DNA of 64,000 bases from Octopus sinensis (Eukaryota), in the NCBI RefSeq assembly GCF_006345805.1, contig NC_043018.1, positions 15,562,001-15,626,000 on the forward strand, read 5' to 3'. Position 1 is the first letter of the stretch. Each line of letters begins with the position of its first letter. A program made the translations under genes and the position numbers. Of this stretch, positions 13,861 through 27,032 are shown piece by piece. Under the pieces are notes generated by a model. That model searched no databases and was not told where the DNA came from. It saw only the letters and a program-made list of their open reading frames with translations.

Positions 13861-16800
13861 TATATTCACGAGGGCTGCAACTTGATTTCAAGCAATTGTT
13901 TGATTGTTCTCATAAATACATACGAGTATGACTTTTCAGCCCTGCTGGGATCCAACAATGATGGGCACCTCTTGCAACAGATGTTCACAGAGCTACCATT
14001 CTCACTAACACATGCTTTCATTCCCGCATGAGATTTTTCATAGAGTATTTTACCTTTTTCAACTCTGGTCAGCCATAGTAACTCATACTTAATCCTCATC
14101 GTCATCACCATCATTTAACGTCTGCTTTCCATGCTAGCATGGGTTGGACGATTTGACTGAGGACTGGCTCCAATCTGATCTGGCAGAGTTTCTACAGCTG
14201 GATACCCTTCCTGACGCCAACCACTCCAAGAGTGTAGTGGGTGCTTTTACATGCCCCCGGCATGAGGGCCAGTCTGGCGGTACTGGCAGCGGCCACGCTC
14301 AAATGGTGTTTTTTTACGTGCCATCTGCACAGGAGTCATTCCAGTGGCACTGGCAACGACCTTGCTCAAATGTTTTGTTCAAGCACCAGTAAGGCGACGC
14401 TGGTAACAATTACGCTCAAATGGTGCTTTTTATGTGCCACCAGCACGGAAGCCAGTTTGTTGCTCTGGCAACGATCATGCTCTAATGGAGCTGTTAGAGC
14501 TCCACTGGCATGGGTGCCAGTCATCGAATTTGGTTCAATTTCGATTTCACTTGCCCCAACAGGGTCAGTCCTACTCTCTATATAAAATATGCATTTATTC
14601 AAAGAAGAGAACTAGTCTACATCATTTGATGCAAACGAAATTGCAGGTGTAACATCAGAGCTTACCATCTCTTTAAGAAATGTCTGACCAAAGACTAAGA
14701 ATCTCTCATTCCCATCTGTTGGATGGCAGTTGACTCAACAGAGTTTGTCTGTTTTTTGTTAGGATTTTCTGGTGTCATCCCAAATATCATATTTCCCTCT
14801 GCTTTAATTTTTTCTTATATAAATTTTTTTTTTCTATCTCTCTCTGTTTTCAGAAAGAAAATTCCCAAACTTTTTACCTGAAAGCCATTTATATCAGTTC
14901 TGAACAGATCATGTGTCCAGTACCTCAGATAGGAACTCAGAATGTTTCCATCAGCAATGATAACAAAACCTGGAGTGTTAACATCTCAGTTAGACATTAC
15001 AACCCACTGTGTGAAGATTGTATCAATGATAAGTGCACTCCTCGTGTAAGTTAAAGAATAACTTTGTTTATAGCATTACACCTACCTCTTTCTATCTTTC
15101 TATTTGTCTGTTGTTTAACCCTGGTTCAATCTTGATCAAGCAAACCCATGATCAAAGGCATTCCAGCCATAATCATCCTATCTTAAATTGTAGGCAATGA
15201 ATACCTCAGACTACTGTATTCAAAGTACATTTTTTCCCCCAAGAAACTGTCTACAATCTGAGAATTGAGTGCAGTTTCTAGAGATCTTTTGCAAGCATAT
15301 TGAGCTTACCTCAATAATGTATTAAGGCTCTACACAACTGTTTATATCCATTTCTGACAAAAATGTTTTTCTTGAGGCTAACCATCTCTGAGAGAACAAC
15401 TTAAAATCATATGATATGATGCATTCAGTCAATTCTTTTTTTTTTATTCAGTTGAATAAGTCAAACCCTTGGTAGCTATTATTTGGTTCAGTGATCTCGC
15501 TCCTGATCAGTTAACCCTCAGTGATTAAATTCAGTGCCTGAATTGGCAAATTGAAGCCTAAAGCCTCAAACTCTAAGGGGCTGCCAGCCAAGGGGATAGT
15601 GTTTTTGTCATTGTTACAGGTCCTTTTGCAAGCAGTCACACAAGGAGAAAAGTCTTAGTCCACTTTTCATCTAAATTCATCACTGAGTTGATCCATGTTT
15701 AAAAGTCTTTCAGATATCTTGTATCCAATACTGCCTTAATCCTTTAATGTTCAAAAGTGTTTCAGATATCTTGTATCCAATACTGCCTTAATCCTTTAAT
15801 GTTCAAAAGTATTTCAGATATCTTGTATCCAATACTGCCTTAATCCTCTATGTTCAAAAGTGTTTCAGATATCTTGTATCCAATACTGCCTTAATCCTTT
15901 AATGTTCAAAAGTGTTTCAGATATCTTGTATCCAATACTGCCTTAATCCTTTAATGTTCAAAAGTGTTTCAGATATCTTGTAGCCAATACTGCCTTAATC
16001 CTTTAATGTTCAAAAGTATTTCAGATATCTTGTATCCAATACTGCCTTAATCCTCTATGTTCAAAAGTGTTTCAGATATCTTGTATCCAATACTGCCTTA
16101 ATCCTTTAATGTTCAAAAGTGTTTCAGATATCTTGTATCCAATACTGCCTTAATCCTTTAATGTTCAAAAGTGTTTCAGATATCTTGTAGCCAATACTGC
16201 CTTAATCCTTTAATGTTCAAAAGTATTTCAGATATCTTGTATCCAATACTGCCTTATCCTTTAATGTTCAAAAGTGTTTCAGATATCTTGTATCCAATAC
16301 TGCCTTAATCCTTTAATGTTCAAAAGTGTTTCAGATATCTTGTATCCAATACTGCCTTAATCCTTTAATGTTCAAAAGTATTTCAGATATCTTGTATCCA
16401 ATACTGCCTTAATCCTCTATGTTCAAAAGTGTTTCAGATATCTTGTATCCAATACTGCCTTAATCCATTTTATCCTTGGATGGCTTTCAGTGGAGCTCAT
16501 TTTGTGGAATTTGAGCCATATATCTAGTGTTAGGTTAACTTCTTTTCCTTTCTTTCAATCTCAGAAATCTTGGGCTGGTTCATAAGATCATGGCCAGCCA
16601 ATAAAGCAATCCAATGAAGATTTTGGTATCATCTTATTTTAAGATGGTATGATGTGGTTTAAGGAATATTTAGATGCTATTTCTAGCAGACCGGTCAATT
16701 GTGGTTGGTATCAGTTTTTCACATAGTAATCTTGTATCTCCTTTCAGCTTGATGTGTGTACCATTGGAGGTGTTTGCTTCCCTAATGGTGCAATAAATCC

Positions 16801-18916
16801 AGAAGACATTTCACAAGTCTGTATTTCATCAAAGGATCCATCAAGTTGGTCTGTGCTTCAGTGTAAGTATTTCCTTGCTGTGTTGTTTAGCCCTAGGTCA
16901 ACCCCATTTGAGTGGAACTGTTACCCAAGCTGTTTCAAGCATTACCACCCAGACTTTTTTTACATCAATGACTACATCTTCCAGTGTGTCTGTTCCTCTT
17001 TAAGGAGAATTGGTTGCTATTTAAAGCAGGTTGTACAACAGGATACAATCACCTTTGCTGATTCAAACCAATTAATAATGTACCAAATTAATCACTGTAA
17101 CTTTGATTAACATGTTACACTGTATCTATGTCACTCTCTAATACATCATTTGTCCATTTGTTACATTGTGTCTTACAAACTAATGAATGTCCCACAAACT
17201 AATATTTTTGTCACATGTTACTGTGTAACAGTTGAATGTGTTACATGTCAGTTTGTCCCTGATTAATGAGTCAAGTTAATGTATCATAAATCTCTGTGTC
17301 ACATGTAATGTGTCACACATCAATGGGAGTTAACTCTATTGATAGCAACATTCCTGACACTTTTTATGAATCAAACTTCCTGTTTAAAAGTAAATTAAAT
17401 CCTTCCATCGAAATATTATTTTATGTTCCAAACACCAGCTTAATAATGCTAACACCATGTAACAAAATCTTCATTTATTTTGTTATTGGTCAGTAAGTGT
17501 TATTTCCTATTTGCTTCTATCGAGAAATCAAGAGAAATTGCTATTATTCTCTTCAAATATTTTGCTTTTGTGACCTGGACATCAATGCTTTGAAACTGGC
17601 CTATTTTCCATTACGTGTTAGACAGATTCAGTGCTGAGTTGCTGAAGCAGAAATATCATTATAGCATATATTCTGCTCAATACTACAAGATTTGCTTGTC
17701 AGTCGCTTGATCTTAACCACTTGAGCATGTCCCTTAGTGGCTGACAATATGTGCATCTCTGATCATGAGCAGGAGGAGTGGGGAAGCATCATAGCCATGT
17801 GTTGAGAGGAATTCTTTGGAGTTTGAATAACTGTAACAAAAGTAAAGTTTGAAGGATATCATCAGCAGTTTTTCATGCTTCCTAGGGGTAAGCAAATCAC
17901 AAATAAAAGTTGCTACCAAAGGACAAAAATCGTGTTGCACAGTGTAACGATGAAAAAATTATGTTCATAAATTCTTCATTACCTTCAAAATTAATTGAAA
18001 TAAAGACATTGTATTTCTATAGAAATAATGTAAAAAAACAGTCAAGTTGGTGACTCAGGTCATGTTACTACCTCATATGTTGGTTGAATAAGTTATTGGT
18101 GACTTGTAAAACTAACTATGGTAACTGTTAGAAAAATATGGAAGCATTACCTTGTGACCAATCAGTTACTAATTATGACTAATTGCCTGGGGATTAATTT
18201 GTTTCTACATATGATTGATTGTCTCATGCCTAATTTCTAGTTATAACTAATTAGTTATATTGTTCTGCTTTCAGACCAAGACATTATTGTGAGGTATTAC
18301 TCTATTCTAAGAATTGAAGGTGATAATCTCATAACTTTGAATGGAAACCTTAAAGTAAATGGAACTGTCAAGTTGAAGAAAGGTCCCTATGAAGGAAACG
18401 CAGTTGTACTGGATGGAGTCAATAATTTCATTGACATGGGTAGAAATGTTCCATGCTTCAGTTCTTTGACTCAGTGTACATTTGGAATGACGGTTCATTT
18501 CAACTTATTCATTTTCAGTGTTACAGAAGGCATGTTCATTTTTTCAAATGGTGGAACTGAACCAACAACTGATGGGGTCAGCATGTATGTCTCCAAGGGA
18601 TTTTTGTTCCTCACACTCAGTACAAGTACCAAGCAGTGGACAGTAAAAACCAAAATGTTTCCAGTGAACAAATTCTTCAAAGTATTATTCAGCTGGAGTG
18701 AGAAATCTGGTCTTTATCTCTATTTTGACGACAAACAAGTAGAACATACAACCAAATACATTGACCGAGTTACCACGGGGGCTTTAACTTCACAAAGTTT
18801 AATTATTGGTGGCCATCACACTAAAATATTTCCTGCTAATATTGCTATTGAAGGATGGACTCTCATTGGAATTACACAGAAATTCATCCTTGGAAATGGC
18901 CTCAATTTTGGTAAAT

Positions 18917-18956
<40 letters not shown>

Positions 18957-19044
18957 TCTTCTTCTTTTTCTTCTTCTTCTTCTTCTTCTTCTTCTTCTTC
19001 TTCTTCTTCTTCTTCTTCTCTTCTTCTTCTTCTTCTTCTACTAC

Positions 19045-19076
<32 letters not shown>

Positions 19077-21387
19077 CTTCTTCTTCGTCATTTCTTACAA
19101 TCTGATTGATGCTCAAATGTCATCATCATTATCATCATCACTATCATCATCCCTTTTATGTCTGCTTGCCATGCTGCCATTGGTCAGATATCTAAACTGG
19201 ATTCAACAGACTGGAGGACTACATCTTGCTCTAGTGTAGCACTTTCAGTATGGTTAATTACAGAAAACAAAAGGGATAATTTACTCAAACGAATTTTAAA
19301 AACAAATATATTTACCCTTGACAAACATACACTACAATTGTCAGGTTAACAAATTTATGGACTATATGTTAACAAATGTGTTAAAAATTACACATATACC
19401 AACATTTTGCTTCTGGCATTGCTAATCATAATAATATTTTTTACTATAATAGATAAATTTTCTTAGAATTTATGTAAGATAATTTCTTGTTATTGTCAGT
19501 AATTTTTCTCAAAATTACCATCTCAAATTAAAAATGCTAAGTCCTAGCTCTGATGAAGTAAAAGCACATGAAAGCTGTTATATATACCCTTTATTGCTGA
19601 AGAAATACTTCAGATTAAATATTGTTAATTAGGATTCACACAGAATCTAATGTGCTTATCATTTTACTGACTACACTCTCAAAAAATGACAGAAACTCAC
19701 CAAAAGGTGAATAGACAGCAGAAGAGATCTTCAGAGGGAGAGTTCCCATCCAACAAGTAGTTTGATCCTTATACCTCACACTCTACAGGAGCCAGGCCCA
19801 CCCAGGTCATGACTCCTAGGTGTCCTTCTGCTGCTTTCCAAAATCATGTCTCCAGCAAGATTTGAACCTTGGTCATTCTTTTTGTGAGCTTGTGTTGTCA
19901 GGTCTGTGTTTCAGCCCACTAGGCCTCTCTGACCAACAAACGTAATAAACATTTTAAATATTTTTATTTTTTACTTTTATAATTGTATATTTATTATTTT
20001 TTTTTTTTTAGACTTACCATTCTTCAAAGAAAGACCAATGATATCATTCCATGGAGTGACTATCTCTGAAGAATATTTCCACTGTTCCTTCAAATATCTG
20101 CAGGAAGCTACCTTAAACTATACAGCCACTTGGTATATTGATGAAAAGGTTGTTTACACCTCACACTTTTCCAGATCAAACAAGAGTTTTTCAGATATTG
20201 AAAGCAAATATTTCACTGCATTAACTTATGGCAGTAAGGTGAGAAGAGGACAAGCTTGATTTACATAAATTTTTACATGTATAATTAAATTAACAAAAAA
20301 AAAATTTGATGAAATTTAATAGTAACAAAGTTTTCGTTTGTAAATATCAAAAGTGAATACAGACACTTGCTTTATAATCTTAGTGAAGGATGGGTTTGTC
20401 TTTCGTTTATCATTGACTAGCAGTATCGCCCGGCGTTGCTCGGGTTTGTAAGGGAAATAACTATAAAGCATTTTTAGAGAGTTATAGCCAAAAAATGGAA
20501 AAAAAATGATGGTAAATTTTTTTTTTAGTTAAAAAGGTCGAGTTGCGTCCCCTAGACAGTCTGTGGTTTGTGTTTCTGATTCTCGACCCCATGTCGAATT
20601 TATCGATTTTTTTCAGAACTGGGGGAACTTTTCAAAATTTTCGCTGTGTTAGTTTTGAATTATGACATTGGGCTATGTGTGTGTCAAGTTTCATCAGAAT
20701 CGGTTGAAAGCCGTGGTCAGGGTGAGGGTACAACCTAACAGACACACAGAAACACACACAGACAAACTGCCGTTTATATATAGAGAGATAAAACAACTGC
20801 TAATAGTGGGAGGTTACACTCCTATTGATCTCCTCCTGCTCCTCCTTCCCTCCTCTTCATGTAACAGTTCAGTTTCTGTTCGTCGACCAATGATGTTTAT
20901 TAATTTGTGTGTGAATTTGATTTTACAGTTGTATCTCACTTCTTCTACAGCTGCTACTCCCACTTTCTACCACCACCCACACAATAATTTTCTACTACTC
21001 CCTTAACTTTCGACTAACTCTAGTTTCTGCCATTACTCATTCGACTTTGAGTGAAGCCAGGGCTGAACTCTTCACTTCACTAATTCTAAAGTAAGCAGTT
21101 AAAATACAGATCAATAGCTGAGATACAAATTTATGATTGTGGGGTCAACAGTTTTGGTTCTTTTAGTCTCACAACCCTGGTATCTGATATGATTTTTTAT
21201 AATCGTATTTTGTAGCTAAATATTTGGTGGCTGTGTGGTAAGTAGCTTGCTAACCAACCACATGGTTCCGGGTTCAGTCCCACTGTGTGGCATCTTGGGC
21301 AAGTGTCTTCTGCTATAGCCCCGGGCCGACCAATGCCTTGTGAGTGGATTTGGTAGGCAGAAACTGAAAGAAGCCTGTCGTATATAT

Positions 21388-21421
<34 letters not shown>

Positions 21422-23783
21422 ATTTGTGTGTCTGTGTTTGTCCCCCTAGCATTGCTTGACAACCGATGCTGGTGTGTTTACGTCCCCGTCACTTAGCGGT
21501 TCGGCAAAAAGAGACCAATAGTATAAGTACTGGGCTTAAGTCCCGGGGTCGATTTGCTCGACTAAAGGCGGTGCTCCAGCATGGCCACAGTCAAATGACT
21601 GAAACAAGTAAAAGATAAAAGATAATTTCATTTAAAATATTTTGTGTATTTATTTTCTAGATCAAATGTGGAGTGAGAGCTTGTAAGTCATCAAACTGCA
21701 GTTCCATCTTTGGTCCCGAAAGAACAAGTAAACCATTTACTGCTGAAATTACTGTAAGTTTTTTTTTATTTATTTTTCTTTTTATTCACACTTTAGTCAG
21801 AGTAAGAAGAGTTTCAACCATGAATATTTGAGTTGGGCCTCTGAGACTGATGTAGTTGAAAAGAAAAGACAAAGGAGCCAAGGCTCCTAATTTGCCTCAG
21901 GAGGGAGCAGCTAATCAGAATACTTCATTATCTTTTGATTGGAGAACTTAGTCTGAATACAGGCAACAGAGTAAACTCTGACTAAGTGTCCAAGAGCCAG
22001 GTTCTGCTGTTAAACCAGACATTGGATCAAGTCGGCCACCCTAGAACACATAAACTTCATGCAACAAGCTTCCACGCAATTTCTACCTACCCATTGTATG
22101 ACTAGGAAATGGATTTGTTAACCAAAGGCAATATCTGAAGTTTCACTGCACATTCTGCAGGTATATCATTAGCAAAGAAAATACAATAACTGGGGAGACT
22201 GCAACTGCATGTATGAGGTGGTATTGAAAAGTTCCCTGACTACTTCTGTAGTACACCAGCAAATGGCAACAGACAGCAGCACATGATTGCATGTGCAATG
22301 ATCGCTAGCAGTGACCTTCATGAGGCAGTGTACCAAGTGACATCATTTTTTTTACTTGGCAAGCTGTGAAATTTGTGTCTTTTGTAATCCCGTGTATGCT
22401 GTAGTCTGTGATCTTCGTCATGGACAGGAAACTGAAACAAAGAGCCAATGTGGAATTTTGCATTAAACTTCAGAAGTCTCCTACAGGGACATTGAGTATG
22501 CTTCAGTAAGCTTCCAGTGATGAAGGAAGGGGCTACACACAATGTTTCAAGTGGCATGGGTGCTTCAAAAGTGGAAGAGCATCTCTGAAAGATGGTGATG
22601 TTCTTCTCCTCTAATACTCTTTCTTTCCTCTCTCTCCTGTTCCCTACCATTTCACTTAAAATCAGGCCCAACTCTCTCTTCTATATTCACTCACTTATAG
22701 GGACTATTTTAAGCTCTGAGCCTTACAAGTTATGAGTTGATCTTAACTAGAGCTTGTGACATAGAAAAAAGAACCACCCAATGCACCCTGTTAGGAGGTT
22801 GGCATAAAGAAGGGCATCCAGTCAGAGGAACCATGTAGCAGATATTTGATTATGATGTGGTCCTTTAATGCATTTGATACTGTCAAACCATTTTATTGAT
22901 GCCAGCATGGACGCCAGACATTAAATCATGGCGTGTGTGTAGGTGTGTATTGTTTATTCTTATTTCTATTTCTTCTGTTACAGATTAAAGAGAGTAATGT
23001 GAAAGTAATTGAAGGTGACCCATCTGGATTTATATCTGTTCAGTCCAACTTACCACCATATCTATTATGTAACACCACCACCGCCATCAACAACAACACC
23101 AACACCTCTCAATGCACTGTGCAGATTAGAACTTGGCTGGCAAGCTACAAAGAATTTCAGTGTGGAGCTGAAAGTATTCCACAAGCAGTGTTTGGTGCAC
23201 AGTTTCACTCCGAGGGAAAGTATGAAGGTTGCATGTATACAATCACAGACATTAACTGGAACAAAGTGTTGAAGATCCCTATCATGGCAACCTTAGATGG
23301 GTTACGAGATAAAACTCAGAAAAGAACTGTTATACTTTCAGGTCAAGTTGTGTTTAATGGAACAGTGGAGATGGAGAAAGTGCTTGGCTCTGTAGATGTA
23401 AGCTTGGCATTTGTTTCTGTTTGTTTGCTTTTATTATCTGTAATTAGTATAAGGAAGAGATTCTATTTTATTTTATTGTTTTTGTGCTCAGTGGTTTAGT
23501 TTCAAAAAGGAAAGGCTTTACACATGATCTCTTTCAGGGCCTCCATGACTTGTGGAGGAAAGGAAGAAGTTACTGGGTCTGGAAGTTTGAAACTGGGAGT
23601 GATGCCACTAAAGACATCCAGGGGCCGGTCCAGTGCTTAATGCTAATGTTTTACTTAGTGTCAGATGAAATACAGTACTTAAGAATAAGAACAATCTTTC
23701 CAAAGAGGTCCCAAACAGTTTCTATCTACAAAATTTCACTAACAATGCTTTTTGCTAACTGGTTATCTCTATCCATGAAATAT

Positions 23784-23814
<31 letters not shown>

Positions 23815-24595
23815 ATCAGTAAATAACTTTGCTGCAGGAAGGAAAGAATTTCTGATTTTAGATTCACAGTTAAGTGTTGGACTCGTGACTGGAAGGACCA
23901 AGTGGTGAATTTGTGTCCTTGGACAAAGCATTTCATTTTTCATTGTTCTCCATGTTGGTCCAGTTCACTCAGCTGTAGAAATGAGTTGTGATGTCACTGG
24001 TGCCAAACTGTATCAGCCTTTGTCTTCCCCTCGGGTAACATCGGTGGCACGTAGAGAGGAGGCTGGTATGCATGAGTGACTGCTAGTCTTCCATAAACAG
24101 CCTTGTCCGGACTTGTGCATCGGAGGGTAACTTTCTAGGTGCAATCCCATGGTCATTCATAACTGAAGGAGGCCCTTACTCTTTATGAAATGCAACACTT
24201 GAGTATCTGAGCCAGAATCAGAAACCCATAAATAAACACCTGGAACCTGAAACTGGTTTTATGCATGTTTCCCTATTTGTCTCTAAGAAATTATAATGTT
24301 CAGACTACAACATTTTATCTTATTTTCTTTTCTCTATTTCTTTATCTCTTTCCAGTTGGAAATCATCGACCGTGACAAGAGCAGTATTTGTAAATCAATC
24401 AACGATCCTCACATGACCACATTTGATAATAAGTAAAATATCTTCTTGTGATTGTTTCAAATATATTTCATAAAGCATTAACTGTTTTTTTTGTTTTTTT
24501 GAAGCCTGGCGACCTGTTGGAGTAATCTCCACCAGGCCACCACGATTGGTTACTACCAGTGGCACACACTACTGTTTGGAATTGCATATTACTAT

Positions 24596-24635
<40 letters not shown>

Positions 24636-25641
24636 CAAATATATACACAGACATTGCTCTGAAGTATACATACTTATGTACTAATGTGACATACACATAC
24701 ACTACATAAGTGAAAGTTTATCAGCATGCTCACATCTAGGCACACACACACACACACCACACACACACACACACTTGCACACACACACACACACACACAC
24801 ACTTGCACACATGTTCACATCAATCAATTTGGATAACCACTAACCACAAAAACAGTTTTGACTTAGACAGAAGAATTTTGCTTTTTTGTTGGTGGGCAGT
24901 TTGAATTTTACAAAGAAAAAGGCTTAAATTTCAAAGAAATAACGTCCACTCATCCATTCACCCATCTGTCCATCTCCCCATCCCCCATCCATCCATCCAT
25001 GCACACACCTGACAGCAGAGTCCTTTCATTGGTAGAGGCCCTCATTTACTAGCAGGGATTGTCATTTAGAATTTCCTGGATCTGCTCAGTAATTCTCTCA
25101 ATATTTGTCCCCTAAGAATGCTTTTCTCTGGGCAGTAAGTTATATGTATCTACCAGAGGCTTGAAGCTTGTTCCAAACATGGAACATGAAAGTCTGTCGG
25201 TGTCCAACTGGTGATCTCTAAACCAGAGAAGTTGGCAGCTTGAACCATGAGCACAGAATGATGCCTCTTCAGTTACTGTCTTAGACCAGAATCTACCATG
25301 ATGAGGGTGATGATATCTCTCAAAGAATGTTAACAAAATTAAAATTAAGCACATACTATACAGCAGAATGACAAATTGTCTCATTTTTATGCCCTACTTA
25401 GTACACCCTACATACATAGATCGGTAGCCACTACATACATTTTTTTCTATCCTTGTTTCTTTCTGTGTTCCTTTCTGTGGAAGAGCATAGGCTCGAAACG
25501 TTAAAGACTTTTTCAATTCCTGATCGTTATACTAATACATCTGTTTTTGTTTTCTACACCACTGTCTTCATCTTTTGTTTTTTTCGTGAACTCTCCCTAC
25601 ATACATACATACATACATACGTACATACATACATACATACA

Positions 25642-25675
<34 letters not shown>

Positions 25676-26971
25676 CATACATGAGCATGTCTAGATATGC
25701 AACTATATGCATGAGGATACATGCATAAAAGGAAACATACAAATCTGCATGCATACTTACATATATACATACACAATAGCTGCTTTCTCATATACGAGCA
25801 AAGTCATTGCTAGAAAGAATCACTGAAATGAGTAATTGACGATGCAGTGTGAGGCCATTCTATGACTCTTAAGTCCAGCCAAAGATTTGCACATTCTATT
25901 GCATAATGCACAACTGTGCTGGCTGGCAGAGGGAACAGGTGCCACAGTATAAATTCTTTTGACATGCCATATCAATCCTCCAACTTGAAGGCACAACTTT
26001 TCAAGCGTTGCACATGTTCTGTTGTGAACAATAGCCATATCACAATTTACCATACATACATACATACATACATACATACACACACATACATACAAACATA
26101 CAAACAAACAAACAAACAAACAAACAAACAAACAAACACCATTGATGTTGAAATTCCAATGGATCTAAGTTAGGAACCAACACTTTCTCTATTGGCAAGA
26201 AATCTTGAACTAAAACTGAATAATGACATGCATGGCAACCTGTTAAAATGATAGCTGTAAAGAATGGCAATATTTGACTAGGGTGTTCAGAAAACTAACC
26301 TTTGAAAGCCATATCCCCACCACCTGAGAGTCACAGCTATTACAAAGGAGGTAATCATTTCATCATAATTCAAAGCAGGATAAGAAATCTGAAACTGAAA
26401 TTCAATGAAAAGTAACATGGAATTTAATATCAATTTTTTTTCATTGTTTACTTAATAAGTTCTAAACATTTCAGTTACAGGTAATCATGTATAGTACTAT
26501 TTCATTATTTTTAGAAATTTTCAGCAAATTACAGTTCATGACATATTAATTAAAATGAAAATAATTTCAGTCTAAAATAAATTCAAAGAATGTGGTGTTG
26601 TTTTTGTTTTTTATTTTCATTGAATGCTACAGGTATTTATTTTGCTTTTACTGAAAGATTATTCATATAATTTTCCAGACGCTACGACAACTTCAAACAT
26701 GGTGAATTTGTTCTCTATCGCCACAAGCGTTTACCATATGCCGTAAGTTTATTCTTAATGTTGATTTATTTCACTCTTTAAAAATATTTGGTGAATATTA
26801 TCTATAGGTGTAGGAGTGGCTGTGTGGTAAGTAGCTTGCATACGAACCACATGGTTCTAGGTTCAGTCCCACTGCATGGCACCTTGGGCTAGTGTCTTCT
26901 ACTATAGCCTCAGGCTGACCAAAGCCTTGTGAGTGGATTTGGTAGATGGAAACTGAAAGAAGCCTGTCGTA

Positions 26972-27032
<61 letters not shown>

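Noticed and set aside
15699-16467. Possible CRISPR array
   Set aside because: Head-to-tail units with no unique spacers, no cas genes and a eukaryotic intron context.
18911-19239. Apparent transmembrane-like Leu/Phe tail after the LamG domain
   Set aside because: Intronic CT/CTT microsatellite past the phase-1 donor at 18910.
19545-19585. CUGAUGA...GAAA motif
   Set aside because: No convincing stem II or stem I pairing; at best a decayed relic.
18911-20011. Modules as separate tandem genes
   Set aside because: No stop, start codon context or signal peptide at module boundaries; donor and acceptor phases match (1-1) both here and at 44668-45633.
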